The notes under the pieces were generated by a model. It made no database searches. It had not been told where the DNA came from and was given only the letters and a program-made list of their open reading frames with translations. DNA of 64,000 bases from assembly GCA_963822965.1 (NCBI GenBank), contig CAWGJT010000010.1, positions 32,001-96,000 of the forward strand, in the 5' to 3' direction. The first letter of the stretch is position 1; each line of letters begins with the position of its first letter. Positions 51,501-64,000 of the stretch are shown in pieces. The stretch is from an uncultured delta proteobacterium. GTDB lineage: Bacteria; Myxococcota_A; UBA9160; UBA4427. Made by a program: the position numbers and the translations under genes.

Positions 51501-54500
51501 GGGCGACGACGGCGACGACGTGCTGGTCGGCAGCTCCGGCAACGACACCCTGCGCGGCGGCGCGGGCTCGGATCTCTTGTGGGGCGGCGACGCGCTGCTC
51601 GCCGACTCGGCCTTCCTGCCGGCGAACCTCACGACCCCGCCCAACGCCAGCGAGTGGTTCTTCGCGGACGTCCCGGGCTTCGAGACGCCCGCGATCGTGC
51701 CGGTGGCGGTGCTCGGGCTCTCCCTCGACGGCAGCAGCAGCGACGGGCGCGATCGCCTCGCGGGCGACGCGGGCGACGACTGGCTGTTCGGCGGGGGCGA
51801 CGTCGACGACCTCTCGGGCGGGACCGGGCGCGACTACGTGGACGGCGGGCTCGGCGACGACTCCGTGCAGGGCGACGGCGGCGCGGACGTCGTGCGCGGC
51901 GGTCTCGGCAGCGACGTCGTGCGCGGCGGCGAGGGCATCGACCAGCTCTATGGCGACGAGGGGGACGACTTCCTGGCCGGCGACGCCGGCGACGCGACGA
52001 CGGGCAGCCAGCAGGGCCAGCGGCTCTTCGGCGGCGCCGGGGCCGACCGGCTCTACGCCTTCGCGGAGGCTGCGCCCGCCGGCCCGTCGGTGGTCGGCGA
52101 CGAGCTGCACGGCGGCGCGGACAACGACACGCTCTACGGCAACCTGCGCGCGGACGCGCTCTTCGGCGACGGTGGCAACGACTCGCTGCTCGGCGACATC
52201 CTGGCCGGGCCCGACTACACGACGAATCCCTCCGCCGCGACCACCGGCGGCGACGACTGGCTCTTCGGCGGTGCGGGCTTCGACGATCTGCTCGGCGGCG
52301 GCGGCGACGACCAGCTGTGGGGCGGCGCCGACTCCGACGCGCTCGAGGGCCAGGACGGCCACGACCAGCTCTTCGGCGGCTCGGGCATCGACATCCTGCG
52401 TGCCGACGTCTCCGCCAGCTACAGCGTGCTCGGCGACGAGCTCGACGGCCACGGCGGCAACGCCAGCGCGGGCGACGTGGCCGACGACAACGCGACCGAC
52501 ATCCTGCTGGTCGAGGGCACCGACGCCGCGGACACGATCACCCTGCAGCGCCACCCGACGGACGCCAAACAGCTGCGCCTCTCGTACGAGGATCAGGGCG
52601 GAGAGCGGATCGTCGACCTGCGCTGGCGCGACGCGTCGGGACCGCTGGTCGAGCAGTTCCGCATCTCCGGCCTCGGCGGCGACGACACCATCGCCTTCGG
52701 GACCGGCGCCGACGCGCTCGACGTCTCGGATCTCTCCGCCCGCAGCGACGAGTTCGTGGCGGTCTTCGACGGCGGTCCCGGCGACGACGTGCTCACGGGC
52801 AGCGGGGCCCGGGACCGGCTCGACGGCGGCAGCGGGAACGACACCCTCTCGGGCTTCGGGGGCGACGACCGGCTGTGGGGCGGCGACGGTGACGACACCC
52901 TCTTCGCCGGCCAGGGCAACGACGACCTGATCGGCGGGGAAGGGGACAACACCCTCTCCGCCTGGAGCCGCGATCCCGGCCAGGGCCAGCTCTTCGGGCT
53001 CTTCGTCGACCAGAACGGCGCCCTGGTCGACGACTCCCAGAAGTCCGTCGACCTCGGCCCGATCGAGGGCCTGGCGCGCATCGAGGGTCTCTCGATCGAG
53101 GCGCCCGGCGTGCAGCAGGACGAGCTGCGCTTCACCCTCACGAACGCCGGCGTCAGCGGGGACGGCATCGAGGTCGAGAACCTGGCCCCGGAGGCCGGCG
53201 CCCTGGTGGTCGAGCTGCTCGACGCCGGCGACAACGTGCTCGCCACGGTGACCCTCGACGGCGCGACCCCCGTCGCCACGCTCTCCCTCGCCGGCCGGCC
53301 GGGTGGGGGCGCGGTCTACAAGATCCGCGCGAGCGCGCCCGGTGCCCCCGGCGCAACGGGCCCGATCGCCTACGAGCTGCGGCCGGACATCGGCCCGGTC
53401 GGGACCGGGGTGGTGAACCTCTTCTACCCCCTCGAGGACACGGGCCTGAACCGCCTGCTCGGCGGCTCGGGGGACGACACCCTCTTCGGTGGCACCGGCC
53501 TCGACTTCCTCTACGGCAACGGTGGCGACGACCGGCTCGTGCGGGCCGACGGCACGGACTTCGAATCCCTCGACGGCGGCCTCGGGGGCGACGCCTGGAA
53601 GGACTACGCGCGCTCCACCGGGCAGGTCTGGTACGTGGGCGGCTCGAACGTCGACGACCAGATCCAGGTGAACTTCGTGACCGAGCCCGGGCTGCTCGAG
53701 GGCCGTCACCTGGTCACCCGACTGACGAACAACGACGGCAACTTCACCTTCGCCGCCGAGCTCTCCCTCGACTTCGACGCGGTGGATCCGTCGGGCAAGC
53801 CGGTCTGGGACGTGGAGGACGCCGTCCTCGACCTGAGCGGCCTCGACGGGCTCTCGCTCGCCGAGCGCAGCGACGCGGTCGCCACCCTCGACCTGCAGCG
53901 CATCGACCTGTTGAAGAAGATCCTGCCGCCCGAGGGCGAGTTCCTCGCCATCGTGATCGACGCGCTCGGCGGCAACGACTCGATCGTCGTGGGTCCCACG
54001 GTCCAGAAGACGGTCTGGGTGGACGCAGGCGCCGGCGACGACTTCGTCGACATCCAGGCGGGCAACGCGATCCTCGTCGACAACAGCGAGCGCCGCTCGG
54101 ACTACGGCCGCAACGACCTGTTCGAGACGGCCTTCCCGCTCGTGGGCATCGTGCGCGTGACGGGCGGCGTCGACCTGCCGGCCGACGGACGCCTCGCCGC
54201 GGACGCCCGCTTCTCGCTGCGGGTCGACGGCGGTGACGCGCGCCCGGTGGTGGTGCCGTACGCGGCGACCGCCGGCAACGCGACGCCCGCCGCGCTGGTC
54301 GTGGACGTGAACGATGCCCTCAGGACGGCGGGGCTGCGCGACCGGGTGGTGGCGAGCCTGGTGGACGGGCGGCTCGTGCTCTCCCTGGCGACCGCCAAGG
54401 CGGGCGGCGTCCTCGAGGTCTCCGACGTCGACGCGATCTCGCGTCTCGCGCTGGGCTTCCAGGTCGGCATGACGGCGACTCCGCCCTACGCCGCGCCGCG

Positions 54501-57500
54501 GCTGTCGGCGTCGGTCGATGCGCCCGCCGACGGACGTCTCTCCGGCGACGCGTTCTTCTCGCTCTCCGTCGACGGGCAGACTGCCGTCGCGGTCTCACTC
54601 ACCCAGGCGGACACCGCGACGAACGCGAGCGTGGCCGACCTGGCTGCCGACCTGCAGCTCGCCCTCGCCGCAGCCGGGCTGGGCGGCGTCACGGCCAGCG
54701 CCGACGGCAACCGCCTGGTCCTGCGCGGCGGCAGCGCCACCCCGGACGGCGCGCTGCTGGTCACGGCGGCGAGCGGCACCGCCGCCGCGGAGCTCGGATT
54801 CCACCAGGGCAAGCAGGCCCTCGCCCTGACGGCCCTGACCGACAGCACGCTCCTGCGCGGGCTCACCATCGACAATCCGAACGACGTCGACTGGTACCGC
54901 TTCGCGCTGGTGGACGCGCCCCAGCCGGGCAGCCGCATCGACCTGCAGAGCGCCGTCGTCACCGACGGCCTGCGGCTCGAGCTGTTCCAGGACGTGAACG
55001 GCAGCCCGGTGGCGATCCCGGGCGGCGTCAGCGCGCCCAGCGGCGACGAGGTGCGGCCCGACCTCGCCGAGGCGCTGGTCGGCGAGGCGGCGGCGCCGGC
55101 GGACGGCGTGCTCGCAGCCGACGTGACCTTCACCCTGGGCGTCGGCGTAGGCGTCGGCTCGTCCCAGACCCTGGTCACCGTCGCGGCCGACGCCGGGAAC
55201 CGCTCGCTCGACGATCTCGTGGCCGACGTGAACGCCGCCCTCGAGCGGGTCGGCATCGGCGGCTCGGTGGTGGCCAACCGGCTCGGCGACCACTTGGCGT
55301 TGCGCGCCCTCGGAAGCCTCGCGGGAGCCGACCTCGTCTACGGGGGAAGCGCGACGGGCCTGGTCGACGGCCTCGGCTTCCGCGACGGCCAGGCGAGCGA
55401 TACGGAGGCCAGCGCCTACCTGCTGGATCCCGTCGCCGACCTGGGGCGCGTGACCGGGCTGTCCCTGGACGCGCCGGGGGACGAGGACTGGCTGCGCTTC
55501 ACCGTCGACGCCGTGCCCGCGGAGGTCGCCGGCCTGGCGAGCGTGCCCACCGACGGGCGGCTCGCGACCGACGCGAGCTTCGAGCTGGTGCTGGGCGCCG
55601 GCGCTCCCGTGGCGATCGGGATCACGAGCGCCGAGACGGCGGCGAATCGCGACGCCGCCGACCTGGCCGACCTGCTCGCGGCGAAGATCGCGGCCAGCCC
55701 GCTGGCCGGATCCGTGAGCGTCGCGCTGCGGGACGGCGTGCTGGTGCTGTCGTCCGAGGATCCTTCGGGAGTCGCGAGCCTCGAGATCCGCAACGCCGAC
55801 GAGGCGGCCCTGGCCGAGCTGGGGTTCCGGGACACGCTGGTCACGCCGGGGGTCGTCGGCTCCGTCGGGCTCGAGCAGCTCGACCTGGCCGGGGGCCTCT
55901 CGCTCGAGCTGGTCGACGCCACCGGCACGGTCGTCTCGAGCGCCACCGTCGCCGCCGGCAGCCAGCGCGTCCAGCTGTCGCTCGCCGGGCTCTCGGGGGG
56001 CGAGTACCGGCTGCACGTCCACGGCCACACGGGCGGCGAGAGCGCGCGATACGACCTGCTCTTCTCGATCGGCCATCGCGGCGGAAACGGTGGCGAAATG
56101 GGCGGGGTGACGGGAGCCAGGCAGCTCGACCTCGGCGGCGCCGCGGCGGACGGCATCGCGCTGGACGGGCTCGGCCTCGAGTCGGGGGTCTCCTACTGGC
56201 TGCGCGTCACCTCGCCGAACGTCGTGCCGACGAGCTACTCGCTCACCTTCGACCTCGCCACCGGCCGGGCGCCGGTCGAGCTGGACCTCGGCGCCCGGTC
56301 GGACCTCGTGCGCCGCGACGTGATCCTCGGCGGCACCGGCGACGACGTCCTGTCGGGCGGGCCCGGTGAGGACTGGATCTTCGGCGGGCCCGGCAACGAC
56401 GTGCTCACGGGTGGGCTCGACCACCAGGCGAGCGACCTGCTCTTCGGCGGCGACGGCGACGACACCTTCCAGCTCGTGCCCGACGCGCTGCCCACGGTCA
56501 AGGGCACCGAGCAGACCCTGGTGCCGACCGCGAGCGACCAGATCGATGGCGGCGCCGGCGACGACCGGGTGCTCTTCCTCGGCGGCAACCTCGACCGCCG
56601 GGGCGTGCCCGTGCCGGACGACGTCGCCATCCGATACAACCCCGTGCTGCAGCGCTACGAGCTGACCGCGCTGCGCTGGGACATTGCCAACCAGGACTTC
56701 CTGCGCGCTTCGGACGGCACCTTCCAGCAGGACTACGTCTTCTTCCAGAGCCGCGACGTCGAGCGGGCGGTCTTCGACACCGGCGCGGGCGACGACGAGG
56801 TGCACGCGGATCCCGGCTACACGTTCCCGGGGCAGCAGAGCGAATGGGGCCTGGGACCGGACGTGCGGCCCCAGCACGGCGCCTTCCAGTCCGTCGAGAT
56901 CCACGGCGGCGACGGAGCGGATCGACTCTACGGCGGCGCCGGCGACGACCAGATCTTCGGCGACGCCGGCGACGACTACCTGGTCGGCGGGGTGGGGGAC
57001 GACCGGCTGGACGGCGGCTCGGGCGCGGACGTGTTGCTCGGCGGCACCGCGGGGACGCGCGACGCCTACGAGATCGTGACCCGCGGCGGCATCAGCGCCC
57101 GCAACGACGGTCCCGACTTCGCGGCCGACCTCGGCTTCGTGGAGACCGGCGACGTCGTGTCCGGGCTGAGCCTCGAGGACGGGGACGGCGGCGACTGGTT
57201 CCTGTTCGAGACACCCCAGGCGCTGGCCGCGCTCGGACCCGAGGACCGGGCCCTCGTGCTGAGCCAGATGATCGACGTGCGCTTCGACTCCCTCGCGTCC
57301 CAGCGCCTGTTCGAGGACGCGCGCGCCTCCGGCTCCACCAGCCCGAACGCCGGGGCGCTCGCGGGCTTCGGCGTGCAGATCTTCGCCGCCGAGGTCCAGA
57401 CCGACGCGAACGACCAGATCCTCGCCGTCACGCCCTTCGAGGACACGGGCGACGTCCCCAGCCACTACCTGCTCCACGTCCGCAACCCGAACACGCTGCG

Positions 57501-60500
57501 GATCGTGGGCACGCACCCGCTCACCCTGGACGGGCCGGACGCGGCGTCCTATCTCGACGTCTACCTCGACGGCAACCACGCCACCCAGGTCGCGGTCGAC
57601 AACGTGACCGACGCGACGCCCGCGGACTTCGTCGTCTCCCTCCGCGGCCGTCTGTCGAGCGATCCGGATCTCAGCGGGCGCATCGACGTCGACCTCGACA
57701 CGTCGGGTCGCCTGGTCTTCACCCTGATCGAAGGCGGGAGCCTCGAGCTGCGCGTGACGACGGCCTCGGGCAGCCCCGAGAACTTCCTCGAGACCGGAGC
57801 GGGGATCCGGGACGGTGCCACGACCGGGGATCCGCCTGCCGGGCTCGGGACCTACCGGGTGACCTTCGCGGACGCGCTGGGCTTCGGTGCGATCGTCGAC
57901 GTCGCCCCCGACGCCGGGAGCTTCGGCGTCGACGTGAACGACCCGTTGGCGCTGCCCGTGTCGATCCCGCTCGGCGACATCGACGGCGACGGCGCCGAGG
58001 ACTTCGTCGTCGCCGTGCGAAACGAGCTCGGGACGGTCGAGGACATCTTCCAGGCGTTCCTCGACGGCATCGACGTGGCCGACGAGATCGGACCCAGCAT
58101 CGCGTGGATCCGGCTGAGCGGTGCCGCCTCCGGCGACGAGCAGCTCGGCGCGGGCGACGTCCAGCTCGTGATTCCCGCGCCGCTCTTCGCGGAGTCGATC
58201 GGGCTCAGCCGGGCCACCTTCGCGCCGCCCGCCGACTACGACGGCGACGGCCTCGCGGACGTCGCCGTGGTCGTCGACGCCTTGAGCGCCGGCGTCTCGA
58301 CTCCGCCCGACGCGGCGGGTGTCTACGTGCTGTACGGATCGAGCACCGCGTGGACCGGCACGGTCGATCTCGTCGCCGACGCCGATCTGGTGATCGAGGG
58401 CGTGGGGCGGGGCGCCCTGCACGCCGACCTGGCGGCGGGAGACATGGCCGGGCTGGTGAACGGCGCGAATCCGATGGACGACCTGGTCGTCTCCGACCCG
58501 GCGACGGGCAGCGTGCGGGTCTTCGAGAACCTGCCGGCGCTGGGTGCGGCGGCCACGTTGTCCCAGGCGACTCGCACCTACACCCTCTCGGACGACCAGG
58601 TCGAGGACGTCGCCGTGGTGGGCGACTTCGACGGCGACGGGCGTCCCGACCTCGCGGTCTCCGGAGGCGATCCGGCCGGCGTCGGAACCCCGGGCGCGGT
58701 CCGGATCGTGTACGCCGGCACCCCCAGCGGCAGCATCGACGGCGGCGCGACGGTGCTGCGTCTCGACGCGGAGTCCCATCCCGACGCGAGCTTCCCGGGG
58801 CGAGGTCTGCGGGTGGCGGACGCGTCCCGGCTGCTCGGCCAGACGGGGGACTTCGACGGCGACGGCAAGGCCGACCTGCTGGTCTCGCGCGTGGAGAAGG
58901 ACAGCCCCGACGGCATCAACGTCCTGTCGACGCCCGGCTGGGGCGCCATCGTCTACGGGCGCGACGACGGAGCGGGTTCGCCGCTCACCGGCACGTTCAC
59001 CCTGGTGCAGGCGACGGCGACCGGCGTCGCGCCGGTGCTCGGCGACACGACCTTCCTCGACGAGCCTCTGCGCTTCGCCTGGCTGGGGGACGTGAACGGC
59101 GACGGGCTCCAGGATGCGATCGCCGCGGGCTTCGAGCAGAGCGACTCCCTCGCTGAACGCTCGCCGTCGGACTTTTCCGGCCCGCGGCTCTCGGGCCCAC
59201 AGCGCGAGGTCGCGAAGCTCTTCCTGGGCGACGCCGCCGGGCCCGACGGGGCCGAAGCCGGCATCCGCGACGTCGTCTTCGAGCTCGAGGGGGCCGCCTT
59301 CGGTCGCGATCTCCTGCTCGCGGTCGATGAGCGGCCGCCGGTGGTCGCGCTGGGCGACGTCGACGGCGGCGGGGCGAACGACCTGGGCGTCGTGGGCGGC
59401 GGCATCGGTGAGGTGCGGGTCCTGTTGGGCGAGTCGTCGCCCGCGGGCGGCCTCACGGGCTACCCGTTCGGTCCGTCCACGCCGGAAGCGCCCCCGACCC
59501 CCCTGCCCGCGGAGCGCTTCGTCTACGGCTTTGCAACGCCGACCCAGAGCACCTCCGCCGCCGTGCCCGGCCTCGACCTCGGCGCGCAGGGTGTCGGCAA
59601 CGCCGCCGACGCCGAGCGCCTGCTCGGCAGCTCCCCGTCGGGTGCCCTCTCCGACGCGCTCGACGTGGGGGACGTGAACGGCGACGGGATCTCCGACCTC
59701 GTGGTCCGCGACCTCGACCACGCCTACCTGCTCCTCGGGCCGGTCTCCCTCGACGGCGCCGAGCGCGCCGACGCGCGCGCCGAGGTGCGCGTGGACTTCG
59801 TCGCCAGCTACGGCCAGGGCATGGCGGATCGCATGGGCGACCTGGACGGCGACGGGCTCACCGACCTCGTCTTCTTCGACGACGCCTTCGGATACCCGTC
59901 CCTCGAGAAGCTCTGGGTGCTGCGCGGCGGCCAGGACCTTCCCCACTCGGTCTCCATCGACCCGATCGCCCCCGACCCCCGGTTCGACAGCTTCGACCTG
60001 GGCTCCTTCAACGTGCTCGATGCGAGCGCGACGGTGTTGGCGATCGAGTGGGACGGCACTCCGGGCGCCGAGGTCCTCGTCTGGGACCACACCGACGCAT
60101 TCGGCACGGTGTTCGACCTCGACTTCGCGACCGGGACCGCGACGGAGATCGTCCGCATCACGGACGACGTGACCTCGCAGTCTGCGATCTCCGCGCTGAT
60201 CCCGAACTTCGACTCGATCGACGGCGAGAACAACCACGTCGTGACGGTGGCGGGCGACGTCGACGGCGACGGTCGGGAGGACCTCCTGATCGGTAATCGC
60301 ACCTTTGCGGTACCGAGCCTCCCCTCGCTCCAGCCGACACCCGCCCTGGGCCGTGCCTATCTGGTGCCGGGCGGCTTCGTGACCTATCCGAACGTGCACG
60401 ACGTGAGCCTCGACGCGGTGCCGGGGGTCGTGATCTTCCAGGATTTCGGCCTGGGTGCCAGCGTGGCGGGCCTCGGCGATCTGAACGTCGACGGCTACGA

Positions 60501-63500
60501 CGACATCGCGATCGGGCGCTGGCTCGAGGACTTCGCCACCCCCGGCTCTCCCTACTCGACGTTCTTCGACTCGGCGCCGAGCCTCTCGATCTACTATGGC
60601 CGCTCGGGGTTGCTGGGCGCATCGATTCGCGAGAGCGGGGGCGTCTTCACCGACCGCACCGACTTCACGGCCGGGGCCTCGCCCGGCGAGCCGCTCTTCA
60701 CGAGCGGTGGCGCGGGCGCCGTCGGCACCCGCCAGTACTTCGGAAGCGCGGATCCCTTCACGCAGCTCGACTTCGAGAACGTGACCCCGGGTGTGGGCGC
60801 CTACACGCTCGGCTGGGAGTACTGGAACGGTACGACCTGGGCGCCCCTCGCCGTCTCTCTCGACTCGAACAATTCCACCGACGGGAGCAATCTGAAGGTC
60901 ACCGATGAGCCGGTCGACTGGCAGATGCCCGGGGACTGGGCACCGACCTCGGTCGACGGTCGCGGGGGTCTCTACTACGTCCGTGCCACGATCACGGGCG
61001 CCACGGCCACCGTCGTCCCGCGCGCCGACCGCGTGACCACCGGCCTGGCGATGCCGGGCGCGGTCACCCCCGACTCCGGCGCCCTCACCCGCGCCCAGGA
61101 CCTGGGCGTGCGGCGGCTCTCGCCCGGTGCGCTTCCCGATCCCTTCTTCCTGGAGGGTGCGCTCGGCGTGACCGCGGGCGACTTCGACGGCGACGGACGC
61201 GCGGACCTGGTGGTGGGCGAGACGTCGCGCACGCTGATCCTGCCCAGCTCGCTCGGGTTGAACGGCGGGGTCCTGGGCGGCCCTCTGGATCAGATCCTGT
61301 CGAGAGACACGCGTGGGCAGGTCGTGCTCTTCCGCGATGTCGTCGGCGGTCCGGCGCTGCTCAGCTTCGCCGACGCGGACCTCACCCTCCAGGGCGCTGC
61401 GAGCGACGAGGGCTTCGGGGTGCTGGCGCCGCTGCCTTCGTCGGACCTCGACGGCGACGGAATCGCGGACCTGCTCGTGGGAGCCCCTGGAGCCGACCTG
61501 ATCGGCAACCCCGTCGCGGTCGACGCCGGCCGGGTCTACTGGATCTCCGGGGCGCGGGTGGCCGACCCGTCCTTCGATCCCGACGCCCTGCCGGGTGTCG
61601 TCGAGCTCGTCAACCGCACCGTCACCGGCGGCGGCGACTTCCTGGTCGATCCCGGCACGGGGCAGCCGGTGGTCTTCCGGGCGACGGACCCGGCGGACGA
61701 TCGCTACACGTTCGCGTCCGGCGAGCTCGATCGCTGGTACCACTTCACGACCCTCGGCGACGGGCTGCCGGGCAATGCGATTCTCGTCGGTCCCGCCCGC
61801 GATCCCGGCGCGCCCGAGGAGACGATCGGGCCGGAGTCGATCTCGCTCCCGGCGACCACCGTCCGCAACCGCTGGGAGACGTCGATCGATCCCTCGTCGG
61901 TGCCGCCCGTCGCGAGCTATTCCGACGGACGTTCGCTGCCGGTGGGCGCGGGCACCGTCGTCTACGAGCTCGACCTGTCCCTGCTGCTGCCCTGGATCCA
62001 CCGCCCCGACCTGATCAGCGCCACCTTCAGCGGCGCGACCTTCGAGCAGGTGGCGGGCGGGAGCGCCAGCGAGTTCGTGTTCACGATCCTCGCCGACGAC
62101 GAGAGCGCGGTCCCGGGCGCAGCCGAAGCTCAGGCCCCCGGCGTCGTCGTCACGCCCGGGCAGGACATCAGCGACCTGGTGGGCGAGTGGATCGCCGCGG
62201 GTCGCACGCGAATGCTGATCCGCGTGGAGGCGCCGGTCTCGAATCCGAACCTCACCGCCCTCGTCCACGATCTCGAGCTCCAGGTCGCCGCGGCGAGCCT
62301 GCCGGGCTTCGAGGCCGAGCTGGTGGACGCGGAGGGCCACGTCGTGAGCCCCCGAGGCGCGGTCCTCGATCTGCGCGACGTGCGCGCGGGCGAGTACCTG
62401 CTGCACGTCTTCCGCGCCGGCGACGACGCGCCCGCGCTGCCGCGCGAGCTGCAGATCGAGATCGCGGCGCCCCGGGCCGGCCAGTTCCATACCCCGAGCG
62501 ACCGCGACGTGCTGCGCGGCGGCGAGAGCGCCGACCTGCTGATCGGCGGCGCCGGGGTCGACCGGATCTTCGGGGGCACCGCAGCGGACTTCGTGCGGGG
62601 CGAGGACTTCGAGCTGCACGACGCCGAGGTGATCGATACCCGCGCCGACCCGGCTCCCCGGGACGCCGCCTGGATCGGGCCGCGCAGTCGCGACCTCGCG
62701 CTCCAGGTCGACGAGGGCGGGGGCACGACGGGCCCCGCCCTGGATGCGGTCACGACCGTCGACGTCGCCCACGCCCTCGGCATCCCCACCACCATCCGCT
62801 TCGACGGCCTCGAGGTGGCCGCGCGACCGATCCTCGCGAGCGACCTGGCCCGGCTCACGCGCCTGCAGCTCGGGCCCGCCGACTACACCGCGACCGGAGC
62901 CGTGAGCGAGCTGAGCGGCCTCGCCTATGCGACCAACCTGCGCAGCCTGGTGGTGCTCGGCGGCGGCGCATACTCCGTCGCCTTCCTGAACCCAGCGCTC
63001 GATCTGCAGGGCATTCCCGGTGCGCCCACCGGCGCGCCGCACCTCGAGCTGCTCGCCATCGACGGGGCCGCATCCCCCGAGATGGACTCGGTGCGAGCCC
63101 TCGACGCCCTCCGCTACCTGAGCGCCGATGACACGTCGGGCTTCTCGCTCTCGTTCCTGCGCGGCGACGCGTCGCTGCGCTGGCTCGACCTCTCCGGCGC
63201 GTTCGTCGCCTTCGTGCAGCCGACGGATCTCGACGCGCTCGCGGCGTCCGTCGACTCGGGCGCGCTCGCCTACGTGGACCTCGCGGGAACCGGTGTGAGC
63301 GATCTCGACGTGCTGGTCGGTGCCCGCGTGATCGACGACCGCGAGGCGGGCTACTACGAGGCGGGCCCCGGCTGGGCGGGCAACGACCACCCCTACGCGT
63401 ATGATCGCGACTATCGGCTCAACCCGGGGCTGGGCGACGCGGTGGCCGTCTACGAGTTCACGGATCTCGCCCCGGGCGCCTACAGCATCGACCTCGCCTG

Positions 63501-64000
63501 GCCCGAGGCCGAAGGGCGCAGCGACCAAGTCGTCTACACGGTGAGCGGCGGCACCGAGATCGAAGGTGGCTTCGACTTCTTTCCGGCGCCCGACACGGTC
63601 GTCGGGCCCGCCACGGGCAGCGTGCCCAACCCCTTCCTCGGTGACGGTCGCGCGACTCCCGACATCCTCGGGCTGTCGGGCGGCGACGCGCCCTTCGGCC
63701 TGCTGGGGGAGGACGCGCGCCAGCTCTTCCTGGCCGAGGTGCTGAACCGCGCGCCGGCGGGCAGCAGTGGCGTCGTCGTGCGCACGTCCGTGCTCCCGGC
63801 GCCCTTCGGCCAGCGCAGCGACGGCTACGACGCGATCCTCTTCGCGAATCTCGGCGACACCGCGATCCAGGATCCGGCGCTGGGCGTGGACGGGGTGCGT
63901 GTGGCCCTGCGCGACGCCACCGGGAACCCGATCTCGCAGCTCGGTGCGGGCGAGATCTTCGTGGTGCTCGTCCCCGAGGATGCGCTTCAGGTGAGCGCGA
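39568..64000 (+). CDS. Giant LEPR-XLL surface protein/adhesin, >8,100 aa, 3'-truncated by the window edge and interrupted by multiple indels
   Basis: LEPRILLS at 39709-39732. Coherent protein continues across the + ORFs 39568, 42392, 43115, 44152, 45062 and 50337. Frame 1 is then open from ~51196 to 64000, and no frame-1 ORF closes there in the track. Confidence 0.8.
39900..42830 (+). other. Asp-box/BNR beta-propeller region (VPS10/GH74-like) of the giant protein
   Basis: [49 protein letters not shown]. Confidence 0.75.
50455..53540 (+). repeat. RTX / hemolysin-type Ca-binding nonapeptide repeats (further clusters at 56330-57050 and 62510-62580)
   Basis: Dozens of GGxGxDxLx units, e.g. [20 protein letters not shown]. 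Confidence 0.92.
57970..61500 (+). repeat. FG-GAP / integrin-alpha-like repeats (~12)
   Basis: [69 protein letters not shown] and others, in frame 1. Confidence 0.88.
62830..63550 (+). other. Internalin-like LRR block followed by a golvesin/CBM-like domain
   Basis: [38 protein letters not shown]; then [34 protein letters not shown]. Confidence 0.6.

Noticed and set aside
54595..63528. 2,977-aa minus-strand ORF (also 45788..51136 and 50839..53709)
   Set aside because: Antisense shadows of the giant + strand gene caused by GC3 bias. The RTX and FG-GAP motifs are on + frame 1, and the shadows have no motifs.

Overview
Very GC-rich bacterial chromosomal window. The gene content (PEP-CTERM and IPTL-CTERM proteins, MopE-type Cys/Asp repeats, PEGA domain, wHTH-STAND regulator) suggests a Myxococcota-like organism; this is inference. 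I see no rRNA, tRNA, CRISPR array, transposase or integrase. Left part: a SAM-methyltransferase-HNH nuclease fusion followed by an SprT-like protease, a cupin-class III cyclase, an amidase plus an Ntn acylase, two glycosyltransferases, a CoA-transferase preceded by an AT-rich tandem array, and several surface proteins. Middle: a TPR/beta-barrel, FecR-like and 1,934-aa MopE-repeat PEP-CTERM gene run with a 21-bp array upstream; hydrolase, WS/DGAT and SET genes; a DUF2092 pair; frameshifted prfC; a wHTH-AAA regulator. The last 24.4 kb (39568 to beyond 64000) appears to be one giant LEPR-XLL surface protein of more than 8,100 aa. The ORF track misses it because of indels and because its last ~12.8 kb has no stop codon in the window. 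Clustered indels, also in prfC, most likely reflect long-read consensus errors. All family calls are by motif recognition, not database search.
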